A DNA stretch of 64,000 nt from Myxococcales bacterium. GTDB lineage: Bacteria; Desulfobacterota; Binatia; HRBIN30. Both the position numbers and the translations under genes were made by a program. This document shows positions 42,384-51,069 of this stretch, piece after piece. Positions within the stretch are counted from its first letter, which is position 1. Every line of letters starts with the position of its first letter. The stretch is from assembly GCA_037445065.1 (NCBI GenBank), contig JBBILD010000002.1, forward strand, positions 64,001 to 128,000. The letters run 5' to 3'. The notes under the pieces were generated by a model. That model did no database searches. It was given only the letters and a program-made list of their open reading frames with translations, and was not told where the DNA came from.

Positions 42384-42935
42384 ATGAGGGAACTCCAAGT
42401 TGGCCGAGCGCGGATCGAACTCGTGCAGGGTGACATCACGCAGCAAGACACCGAGGCGATTGTCAATGCCGCCAACCGGGCTTTAGCGGGGGGAGGCGGA
42501 GTAGACGGTGCGATCCATCGGGCTGGCGGGCCGGAAATCCTTGCTGAGTGCCGGAAACTGGGTGGTTGCGAGACCGGCGATGCAAAGATTACCACCGGCG
42601 GCCGGTTAAAGGCCCGTTACGTGATCCACGCGGTCGGGCCCGTCTACCGCGATGGAAAGCACGGTGAGCCGGAGCTGCTGGCAAGCGCGTACCGCCGTGC
42701 AATGGAGGTGGCGGCCGAGCACGGCGTGAAGACCTTAGCGTTCCCCTCGATCAGCACAGGCGCCTACGGCTACCCAATCGAGGAAGCTGCCCCGATCGCC
42801 GTGCGAACCGTGTGTCACACGCTCGAACGGCTCCCGGCAATCCAGCTTGTACGTCTCGTGCTGTTCCAGCCAAAGGACCTCCACGTTTACGAACGAGCTC
42901 TTGCGCAGGTGGCTCGCGAGCGAGCAGACAAGTAG
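42384..42935 (+). CDS. ymdB: Macrodomain O-acetyl-ADP-ribose deacetylase (YmdB-like)
   Basis: GDIT, IVNAAN, GGGGVDGAIHRAGG, VIHAVGP, FPSISTGAYGYP. Confidence 0.9.
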   Translation: MRELQVGRARIELVQGDITQQDTEAIVNAANRALAGGGGVDGAIHRAGGPEILAECRKLGGCETGDAKITTGGRLKARYVIHAVGPVYRDGKHGEPELLASAYRRAMEVAAEHGVKTLAFPSISTGAYGYPIEEAAPIAVRTVCHTLERLPAIQLVRLVLFQPKDLHVYERALAQVARERADK

Positions 42936-42938
42936 CCC

Positions 42939-44492
42939 ATGGTGCAACTTTCAGCCGACCAAATCGCTCTGCTCTACGAGCTCAGCCACAATTTTTATTC
43001 GTGCGCTTGTGTAGACACGGCCGAGCTGGTGTCGCGGGTCGTGCGGGAAACCAAACGCGTGCTCGACGCCGAGGGCTGCTCGGTGTTGTTACTGGACCCT
43101 GCGACCGACGAGTTGTTTTTCCCTTACGTGAGTCCGGAACAAGAAGCGGTCGCTGTGACCCTGCGGGGGCTGCGCATGCCGCGCTCACAAGGGATTGCAG
43201 GAGCCGTACTGGAAAGTGGCGAACCGCGTCTGGTGGAGGACACGGCGCAGGAGCCCAGCTTCTACCCGGGCATCGACGCGTCCATCGGCGGGCATACGAG
43301 GTCTGTGATGTGCGCGCCCTTGCGTACCCGACAGGGAGTGGTTGGGGTCATTGAAGTGATCAACAAGCGGAGCGGGAAATTTTCCCGCACCGATCTTGCG
43401 TTCCTGGAGGCCATTGCGGGGAACGTTGCGGTAGCTTTGGAGAACGCACGCCTGTTGGAGGCCGCACGAGAGGCAGAACGTCAACTGCGCGATCGGGTTG
43501 CCACGTTGGAGCGTGAGCGGCCGCGGACCAGCCGGTTTGCAGAACTCGTGGCTTCGAGTCCGCGGATGGAGCAGGTGCTGCACTTACTCGGGGCCGCGAT
43601 CGCCTCACCGGTGACGGTGCTCCTACTGGGCGAAACCGGAACCGGGAAGGAGGTGCTGGCACGCACCATTCATTTTCACGGGCCGCGCCGCGACCGTCCG
43701 TTTTTGGCCGTGAACTGTGCTGCCCTGAATGAGTCCCTGCTCGAGAGCGAGCTCTTCGGTTACCGCAAGGGTGCCTTTACCGGAGCGCATGCGGACCGCC
43801 GCGGTCTGTTCGAAGCCGCCGATGGCGGAACTCTCTTCCTCGATGAAGTTGGGGACATGCCGCTTGCTCTCCAGGTGAAATTGTTGCGCGTCTTGGAAAC
43901 GGGCGAGGTGCTCCCGGTAGGTGGCAGCGAGACACGGCGCGTTGATGTCAGGCTCATCTCGGCTACGCACAAAGACCTCGAAGCGGAAGTGCAAGCCGGC
44001 CGCTTTCGCAGCGACCTCTACTACCGCCTCGCGGTGTTCCCGATCGTCGTGCCCCCGCTGCGCGAGCGCATGGAAGACCTGCCAGCGCTCGCGCACTTCT
44101 TGTTGCAGCGTATCGCCAAGCGTTGGCAACGGAACGTGCCGACCCTCACCCGGGAAGCGCTCGAGCTACTGCACAGTTACGAATGGCCTGGCAATATCCG
44201 CGAACTCGAACACGAACTGGAGCGCGCGTGCGCCCTGGCTGCCGAGGGCGAAACGCTTGCCCCCGCGCACTTCTCGGAGCGCCTCCACCAGCAAGGGCAG
44301 GCCGAGCCTCTCCAGGACCTACGCCGTGCTCGGCGCGCATTCGAACGCCGCTACATCAAGCGAGTGTTGGCTGCACACAGCGGAAACGTCTCTGCCGCCG
44401 CACGGACACTCGGCCTCAGCCGGGTGATGCTCCAGCGCAAAATGAAGACCTTTGGTCTGCGCGGGAACGGTGGGGCTGCAGCTAATCGCTGA
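42939..44492 (+). CDS. GAF-domain sigma54-dependent enhancer-binding protein (GAF-AAA+-Fis HTH)
   Basis: GAF domain; GETGTGKE, ESELFG, GAFTGA, FLDEVGD, WPGNIREL, GNVSAAARTLG. Confidence 0.95.
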   Translation: MVQLSADQIALLYELSHNFYSCACVDTAELVSRVVRETKRVLDAEGCSVLLLDPATDELFFPYVSPEQEAVAVTLRGLRMPRSQGIAGAVLESGEPRLVEDTAQEPSFYPGIDASIGGHTRSVMCAPLRTRQGVVGVIEVINKRSGKFSRTDLAFLEAIAGNVAVALENARLLEAAREAERQLRDRVATLERERPRTSRFAELVASSPRMEQVLHLLGAAIASPVTVLLLGETGTGKEVLARTIHFHGPRRDRPFLAVNCAALNESLLESELFGYRKGAFTGAHADRRGLFEAADGGTLFLDEVGDMPLALQVKLLRVLETGEVLPVGGSETRRVDVRLISATHKDLEAEVQAGRFRSDLYYRLAVFPIVVPPLRERMEDLPALAHFLLQRIAKRWQRNVPTLTREALELLHSYEWPGNIRELEHELERACALAAEGETLAPAHFSERLHQQGQAEPLQDLRRARRAFERRYIKRVLAAHSGNVSAAARTLGLSRVMLQRKMKTFGLRGNGGAAANR

Positions 44493-44710
44493 ACGGGTGT
44501 TCGGAGCTGCCAACTTTTTCGTTTGCCTGCTTCATTGTGTTAGCACCAGGCGCTGAGCGGGAGTTTGGGCCGCAAAAGGAGGCGCTGAGGCCGCGGTCGC
44601 GCGCAGCAGCCCTCCATGAAAACGGATGAGCCGCTTCAAAAAGTCCGCACTAGCGGAGCCCCTTTGGGCGAACCACGAGCCAAGCGGTGGCTGCCCCCGG
44701 CTTTCTCGGC

Positions 44711-44727
44711 TTGGCACGGGCTGTGCG
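44711..44727 (+). promoter_or_regulatory. Sigma54 (-24/-12) promoter
   Basis: TTGGCACGGGCTGTGCG: GG(44713-14)-N10-GC(44725-26), about 220 nt downstream of the enhancer-binding protein gene. Confidence 0.65.
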
Positions 44728-44755
44728 AAGGCTCTCGGCCCGGAGGTACACGGCC

Positions 44756-44917
44756 ATGATGATCGAAGGAATCGACATGACCCAGCAGTTGATCCCAGTG
44801 ATGTGGTTCTGGGTGGGCTTGCTCGTCGTTGGTGCCCTGGCGTGGCTTCGTGCGGCGAGGCCACGGCCAGTGCTAGAGCGGCCATTGCGTCCGTGCCCGG
44901 TGAGGTGCGGTGCGTAA
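44756..44917 (+). CDS. Small single-TM protein (53 aa)
   Basis: GGAGGT SD, ATG 44756, hydrophobic helix VMWFWVGLLVVGALAWL, basic/Pro tail; lies directly behind the sigma54 motif. Confidence 0.65.
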   Translation: MMIEGIDMTQQLIPVMWFWVGLLVVGALAWLRAARPRPVLERPLRPCPVRCGA

Positions 44918-44990
44918 AGGGTTTTCTGCCTTGACTCCGCCTTTGGCGGAAAGACAAACTCGCGCGAATCCAATTTGAGGAGGGAAGGCG

Positions 44991-46379
44991 ATGAGTTCTG
45001 GTACACGAGACCCGTTTCTGACGGGAAACTTTGCCCCCTGGCCGAGCGAGGGGGAGCATTTTGGCTTACCGATTACCGGCGCAATCCCGCCAGATTTGCA
45101 GGGTGCGTTTTACCGTAACGGACCGAATCCAGCGTTTCCTCCTCTTGGTCGGTACCACTGGTTCGACGGGGATGGCATGGTGCACGCGATCTCTCTCCGC
45201 GATGGCCAGGCATCGTACCGCAATCGGTGGGTCGTAAGTCGGGGTTTGGAGGAAGAAAGGCGTGCCGGACGGGCGCTGTACTACGGGTTATTGGAGCTCG
45301 CAAAGGCCGAGGGGAAATTCAAGAACGCCGCGAACACCAACGTGATTTTTCACAGCGGTCGGCTTCTGGCGCTGTACGAAGCCTCGTTACCGACCGAACT
45401 CGACCCGCAATCGCTCGCGACTGTGGGCGAGTATGATTTCGCAGGCCGCTTGACCGGGCCGATGACGGCACACCCAAAAATCGAACCCAATACAGGCGAA
45501 CTGTGGTTTTTTGGCTATCAACCGATTCCGCCTTTTCTCACATTGCACCGCGTTAACGCTCGAGGCGAGTTGCTAGAATCGAGGCCAATTGATGCGGAGT
45601 GGCCTTCGATGGTGCACGACTTTGCACTGACCGAGCACTACGCGGTGTTCTTTGTGTTCCCGATCGTCTTCCGCCTCGAGAACCTGGGGACGAACAAGCC
45701 TCTCTTCGTTTGGGAAGAAGAGCGCGGCTCGCGCGTGGGCGTGGTGCCGTTGGACGGCACGGCGCAAGAGGTGCGGTGGTTCGAAGCACCCAGTGGGTAC
45801 GTGTTCCACTTCATGAACGCATTCGAGGAAGGAGAGCGCATCGTTGTGGACGCTGCGCGCTACCCACGCCTTTTATTCATGAATCCGCCCGAGCTAGGAG
45901 GCCATGACTTCGAGCGAGACCAGCCGAGTTTATACCGATTCGAGATTGACCTGGCTGGGGGGATCACTGTGCAGCGGGAGGTAGACGACCGTTTCTGCGA
46001 GTTTCCACGCATCCGCGAAGACCGGCTGGGGAGACCGTACCGATACGGTTACAGTGTCACCCGAACCGTCTCGCAGAGCGCGAACGGGGTTCCGGAGTTC
46101 GATGCAATTGCTCGGTACGACTGGCGGAGGGGTCGCACCCAGGTTCGCTCGTTTGGGAAGCAGGCAGGCGTGGGGGAGCCGGTCTTTGTTCCTCGTGTCG
46201 GAGCTGAGGAAGAGGACGACGGGTACGTGTTGGTCTTGGTCTATGACCGAGTCCGAGACACGAGCGATTTTTACGTCCTCTCGGCACAGGAGATCAACGA
46301 GGATCCGGTCGCTGTGGTCCATTTGCCGCACCGCATCCCTTACGGCTTTCACGGCAATTGGGTGCCCATCTCCGCTTGA
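44991..46379 (+). CDS. Carotenoid/stilbenoid cleavage oxygenase (RPE65 family)
   Basis: RNGPNP, HWFDGDGM; four Fe-ligand His in TAHPK, VHDF, FHFMNA, GFHGNW; GEPVFVP. Confidence 0.94.
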   Translation: MSSGTRDPFLTGNFAPWPSEGEHFGLPITGAIPPDLQGAFYRNGPNPAFPPLGRYHWFDGDGMVHAISLRDGQASYRNRWVVSRGLEEERRAGRALYYGLLELAKAEGKFKNAANTNVIFHSGRLLALYEASLPTELDPQSLATVGEYDFAGRLTGPMTAHPKIEPNTGELWFFGYQPIPPFLTLHRVNARGELLESRPIDAEWPSMVHDFALTEHYAVFFVFPIVFRLENLGTNKPLFVWEEERGSRVGVVPLDGTAQEVRWFEAPSGYVFHFMNAFEEGERIVVDAARYPRLLFMNPPELGGHDFERDQPSLYRFEIDLAGGITVQREVDDRFCEFPRIREDRLGRPYRYGYSVTRTVSQSANGVPEFDAIARYDWRRGRTQVRSFGKQAGVGEPVFVPRVGAEEEDDGYVLVLVYDRVRDTSDFYVLSAQEINEDPVAVVHLPHRIPYGFHGNWVPISA

Positions 46380-46521
46380 GCTGCCGCGGGCTCGCCCGCG
46401 TCGGGAATAGAGGTCAAAACGCGCCATCGGTGACGCGCCCCTGGCGCGGTGATTGCGTGGAGCGGCAGACCACGCAGCGATTTCTTGTCGCAGTGCTCTC
46501 CACCCGCTAGATGCCGCGGCC

Positions 46522-48459
46522 GTGCTGACGGTTCGAGAGCTTACGAAACGCTTTGGCGCTCAGGTGGTGCTCGACCGGGTGCAATGGTCGGTGGCGCCCG
46601 GGTCGCGTGTAGCGTTAGTGGGGGCGAACGGGTCGGGAAAAACCACGTTCCTTCGTATTCTGGCCGGGGAAGTGGAACCGGATTCGGGAAGCATCCATTT
46701 GCCGCGTGGGGCACGGGTAGGGTACTTGGCGCAGGAGGTCTTCGGGTTCGGACCGGTATCCGTACTGGAAGAGGCGCTCACAGCCTTTGCCGAGATCCGC
46801 CGGCTCGAAGGGCGGGCACGAGAACTGGAGGAAGCACTTGCCGCAGAAGACCCCACAGCGCCCCACTATGCGGAAATCCTGGAAGAGTACAGCACGGTGC
46901 GCGAATTGTGGGATGCGCTCGGTAGTTACGACTGCGAGGCGCGCGCGCGCGAAGTCCTGGCTGGCCTTGGCTTCCGGCGACAAGACTTGGACAAGCCGTG
47001 CGACCAATTTTCCGGTGGTTGGCAGATGCGCATTGCGCTGGCCAAGCTGTTGTTACGTCAGCCGCACCTGTTGCTGCTGGATGAGCCCACCAACCACCTC
47101 GATCTCGAGGCCCGCAACTGGCTCGAAGACTTCCTTCGTTCGTACCCACACACGGTCATCCTGGTGGCACATGACCGTTACTTCATGGACCAGTGCTGCA
47201 CCACGTTGGCCGAGTTGAGCCGCGGGCGGCTCACGGAATTTCACTGCAACTACTCGCGTTACTTAGAGGAGCGGGAGGCGCGCCTAGTGGAGCAGGAAAA
47301 GGCCTACCGAGAGCAACAGGAGGAAATCGAGCGCATCCAGGCGTTCATCAACCGTTTCCGATATCAAGCCTCGAAGGCCGCGCTGGTGCAGAGCCGGATC
47401 AAGCAACTCGAAAAAATGGAGCGGATTGAGCCGCCGGAAGGGATACGGACGCTGCGGTTCCGCTTTCCCCAACCAGAGCGCAGCGGCCGGGTCGTACTCG
47501 AGTTGCGCGGCATTCATAAGCGCTACGGCGACACGGTGGTCTATGCGGGCGCGGATCTCGTCATTGAGCGAGGGAAAAAAGTCGCGTTGGTGGGCCCGAA
47601 CGGTGCGGGAAAGTCAACGCTCATGCGCATTCTTGCGGGCGTGGAAGATCCCGATCGGGGCGAACGTAAAGTAGGTCACAACGTGCGGCTCAGTTACTTT
47701 GCGCAGGACCGCGGCGCCTCTTTGGACGAGGAAAAAACGGTGCTCGATCTTGTGATGGCGGCCGCGCCCGTAGACTTGGTTCCTCAGGTGCGAACCCTTC
47801 TCGGAGCGTTTTTGTTCAGTGGGGACGCGGTGTACAAGAAAGCGAAGGTTCTGAGCGGTGGAGAACGGAGCCGCCTGGCACTAGCGATGCTGTTGCTTCG
47901 TCCTGCGAACTGCTTGCTCCTCGACGAGCCTACCAACCACCTGGATTTGTCAGCTAAGGAAGTCTTGCTCGACGCTCTGCGCGAGTACTCCGGTACGCTG
48001 ATCTTTGTTGCTCATGACCGGTACTTCCTCGACCAACTAGCCGACGAGGTGATCGAGGTCGGCGGCGGACGAGTGACTCGCTACTTGGGCAATTACGAAA
48101 GCTACCTAGAACAGAAGGCCCGCGCGCTACCCTGGGAGCCCGAACCTGCCCTAGCGAAAGCGGTGGATTCCGCCCAGCCCCGGGGCGGAGTTGCTCCCGC
48201 GCGCCGCTCGACGCCCCGCCGCCGGGAGCGTGAGCAGGAGCGTTGGGCGCGCGAGATCGAGGCGCTGGAGGCAGAGATTCTCGCAAAAGAAGCCGCGCTA
48301 GAAGAGTTGCGAGTCGTGATCAGTGCACCGGATTTTTATCACAGCCACCCGCAGCCGCACGCTTTGTACAGCGACTTTGCGCGCCGGCAGCGCGAGTTGG
48401 AAGAACTTTACGCTCGATGGGAGAAGCTCGGACAACGCAGCGTTGAGTTCTCCTCGTGA
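46522..48459 (+). CDS. ABC-F family ATPase
   Basis: Two nucleotide-binding domains (GANGSGKT, FSGGWQ, LDEPTNHLD; GPNGAGKS, LSGGE), no TM segments, C-terminal coiled coil. Confidence 0.94.
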   Translation: MLTVRELTKRFGAQVVLDRVQWSVAPGSRVALVGANGSGKTTFLRILAGEVEPDSGSIHLPRGARVGYLAQEVFGFGPVSVLEEALTAFAEIRRLEGRARELEEALAAEDPTAPHYAEILEEYSTVRELWDALGSYDCEARAREVLAGLGFRRQDLDKPCDQFSGGWQMRIALAKLLLRQPHLLLLDEPTNHLDLEARNWLEDFLRSYPHTVILVAHDRYFMDQCCTTLAELSRGRLTEFHCNYSRYLEEREARLVEQEKAYREQQEEIERIQAFINRFRYQASKAALVQSRIKQLEKMERIEPPEGIRTLRFRFPQPERSGRVVLELRGIHKRYGDTVVYAGADLVIERGKKVALVGPNGAGKSTLMRILAGVEDPDRGERKVGHNVRLSYFAQDRGASLDEEKTVLDLVMAAAPVDLVPQVRTLLGAFLFSGDAVYKKAKVLSGGERSRLALAMLLLRPANCLLLDEPTNHLDLSAKEVLLDALREYSGTLIFVAHDRYFLDQLADEVIEVGGGRVTRYLGNYESYLEQKARALPWEPEPALAKAVDSAQPRGGVAPARRSTPRRREREQERWAREIEALEAEILAKEAALEELRVVISAPDFYHSHPQPHALYSDFARRQRELEELYARWEKLGQRSVEFSS

Positions 48460-48593
48460 CCTTTAGCGGAGGGCTGCCTTGCCCAATCTGCCGCCTGTTT
48501 CGCCGGGAGGGGGCGATGTACGCAGTCCGCTTCTTCTGCTGTTTTTCTTTCGGGGCCCTTCTTTCCCGAGCGTCCGTGTACTAACGGGGCACG

Positions 48594-50969
48594 ATGGACT
48601 CGCTTGCCTCGATCCTCCACCGCATCCCGCTTTTTTCCGGGCTCCCGCGCGGAAGCCTGGCAAGGGTAATCGCGGACTTGCGGGAAGAGCGGTATCCAGC
48701 AGGCGCCGTGATTTGTTACGAGGGTGACCCGGCCACTCACCTGTACGTGATCCAGCGAGGTTCGGTGGTTGTGCTGGTGAACCTGCCGGGCGGAAGACGC
48801 GAGCCAGTGGCGCGTGCCGGGGCAGGGGAATGGTTCGGGGAGCGCGCCCTATTCTCCTCTCGGGCGCGGTCGGCGACCGTCGTGGCCTCGGAGGATACGG
48901 AACTCTGGAGCCTCAGTAAGGAGAAGTTCGACACCTTGCTCGAAGAGAACCCCGGCCTGATTTGGCATTTTACGGAGGTGTTGAGCGATCGGCTCTACGC
49001 CGCCAACCAAGAACTTTCGCGCTGGCAGGCGGCGGCGCTCGGCCAACTCGAACGAGCGTGGTCCGGACAGACCCCGACCATACAGCAGTTTTTACTCGAG
49101 ATAAGTACGTTGCCCGTCTTAGACCCCGCCGTGGTCGCCGTGTACTGTGGCGAAGAAGCGCTCGAGCGTGTGCGGATCGTCGAAGCGGACGGCCGCTTTA
49201 CCGTTCGCACCCCGGTCGGATTGCTGTTGTCGGAAACGGCTCAAGAGTTTCTTCTCTCTCAAGCGCGGCGTGCCTGGGGGAGGTCGGCCGTACAGCTCGG
49301 CTTCCGAAGGGCGGCGTTTCTGTACGAGTCTGCGGGCCGGTGGGGGAGTGCCATCCACTGCTTTTTGGCAGCGGGTGACGAGGGAGAGGCGGCCCGTTTG
49401 TGGCTCGAGTGGCGTGCCGTGGCCGGAGCACTCGCCGGTACCACGGTCTCCGACCTGGCCGTGCCGGAGGAACAGCGGCGGCGCCTCGATGCTGACTCAG
49501 GCAGCAAGGCTCAGAAAGAGCGGGAGCAGGCTGAAAGTCAGGAAGGCAAACTCCTTCGGCCCCTGGTGAGTGGGAGCAAGATCCTGCGCGGGAGTGTGGT
49601 TGGGGCCGCCTGTATCGGCACTCTCCTGCTGTGGGTGATGCAGCCGTTTCCAGGCCTGACGCCTGCGGCCATGCGCATGCTGGCGACGTTATTGCTGGCT
49701 GGGGCCTTTTGGTCGACCAACATGCTCCCCGACTATGTGGTCGGACTCGCGGCGATGACGTCGTGGGTTGTACTCGGAATTGTCCCACCGGGAGTGGCGG
49801 TTTCCGGCTTTACCAGCGACACGTTCTTTCTGATTGTAGGGGTCCTGGGCATCGGCGCTTCGCTGCAGTCATCTGGGTTGCTTTTCCGGATTGCACTTTA
49901 CGTACTGCGGGCCTTTCCATTGTCGCATCGAGGGCAGTGTTTTGGCTTGGCCGTGAGTGGAACGGTCATGGCTCCTGCGGTGCCCGACGTGACTTCGGGG
50001 GTGACCATGGCTGGTCCCGTAGTGCAGGCGGTGTCTGATTCCCTTGGTTACCCGCGGCGAAGCAACGCTTCCGCCGGCCTGGCTATGGCCGCGCTGTTGG
50101 GCTTCGGGCAAATGAGCCCGTTTTTTTTGACCGGCGCTGCGGAAAACCTTTTGGCATGGAGCGCTTTACCGGAGACGTTGCGGTGCGACGTCGGGTGGGC
50201 GGATTGGGCGATTGGTGCTCTCGTCCTGGCTGTGGTCACGTTTACCCTCGGCTTCATCAGCACGTTACGCTTCCTACCTTGTGAAACGGAGCCCACCAGC
50301 TCTCCCTCACTCGTTGCAACACAACTCGAAGCCTTAGGGCCCGTGAGCCGTGCCGAGTGGATCAATGCAGGTGTGCTTGCCGCTGCCGTGTTGGGCTGGA
50401 TCACAAGCCCGTACCACGGTGTGGGCGTGGGTTGGGTTTCAATGGGTCTGTTAGTGGTTTTGCTGGCCTCGGAGATTCTGGACCGCACGGGCTTCCGTGT
50501 CGGGATTTACTGGGACCTCCTGTTTTACCTTGGCGCGGTGCTGAGTTTGGCGTCGGTATGCCACCATCTCGCGCTCGATGAGTTCGTAGTCGCCAAAGCG
50601 TCCCCCATGCTTGCCCCCCTTGCTGCGTATCCCGCTGCATTCCTCGTTGTGGTCGCAGTCACCGTGTTTGCGACCCGTTTCATCCTGCCCAGTTTGCTTC
50701 TCGTGTCTGTCTTTAGCCTCACGCTTGTCCCGATCGCCGCGGCTGCGAGCATGCATCCGCTACCGGTGCTGTTGGTTGTGTGCATGAGCGTGGCCGTCTG
50801 GTTCCTGCCCTATCAAAGCCCGTATTACTTGGCGCTGTACTTCGGCGCGAAGGAGAGGGCCTTTCGGCACGAACAGGTCCGCCCGCTCGCGTGGATGTAC
50901 GCGGCGATTTTTCTGGTCGCCATCGGCTGCTCGATCCCTTATTGGTACGCGCTGGGTTGGATCCGGTAG
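48594..50969 (+). CDS. cNMP-binding domain plus helical linker plus SLC13/DASS anion permease
   Basis: N-terminal ICYEGD..FGERAL..RSATV; C-terminal multi-TM region with SGF, SSGLLFRIAL, FLTGAAEN, FLPYQSPYY. Confidence 0.85.
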   Translation: MDSLASILHRIPLFSGLPRGSLARVIADLREERYPAGAVICYEGDPATHLYVIQRGSVVVLVNLPGGRREPVARAGAGEWFGERALFSSRARSATVVASEDTELWSLSKEKFDTLLEENPGLIWHFTEVLSDRLYAANQELSRWQAAALGQLERAWSGQTPTIQQFLLEISTLPVLDPAVVAVYCGEEALERVRIVEADGRFTVRTPVGLLLSETAQEFLLSQARRAWGRSAVQLGFRRAAFLYESAGRWGSAIHCFLAAGDEGEAARLWLEWRAVAGALAGTTVSDLAVPEEQRRRLDADSGSKAQKEREQAESQEGKLLRPLVSGSKILRGSVVGAACIGTLLLWVMQPFPGLTPAAMRMLATLLLAGAFWSTNMLPDYVVGLAAMTSWVVLGIVPPGVAVSGFTSDTFFLIVGVLGIGASLQSSGLLFRIALYVLRAFPLSHRGQCFGLAVSGTVMAPAVPDVTSGVTMAGPVVQAVSDSLGYPRRSNASAGLAMAALLGFGQMSPFFLTGAAENLLAWSALPETLRCDVGWADWAIGALVLAVVTFTLGFISTLRFLPCETEPTSSPSLVATQLEALGPVSRAEWINAGVLAAAVLGWITSPYHGVGVGWVSMGLLVVLLASEILDRTGFRVGIYWDLLFYLGAVLSLASVCHHLALDEFVVAKASPMLAPLAAYPAAFLVVVAVTVFATRFILPSLLLVSVFSLTLVPIAAAASMHPLPVLLVVCMSVAVWFLPYQSPYYLALYFGAKERAFRHEQVRPLAWMYAAIFLVAIGCSIPYWYALGWIR

Positions 50970-51069
50970 AGGCTGTCCGCCATCCTCCGGGAGTCCGTTT
51001 TTGTCTTGTCATAGGTACGGGTTCGGCGTAGCAACGTGGAAGGAGCGCCATTGCTCAGGGAGGGTACGC

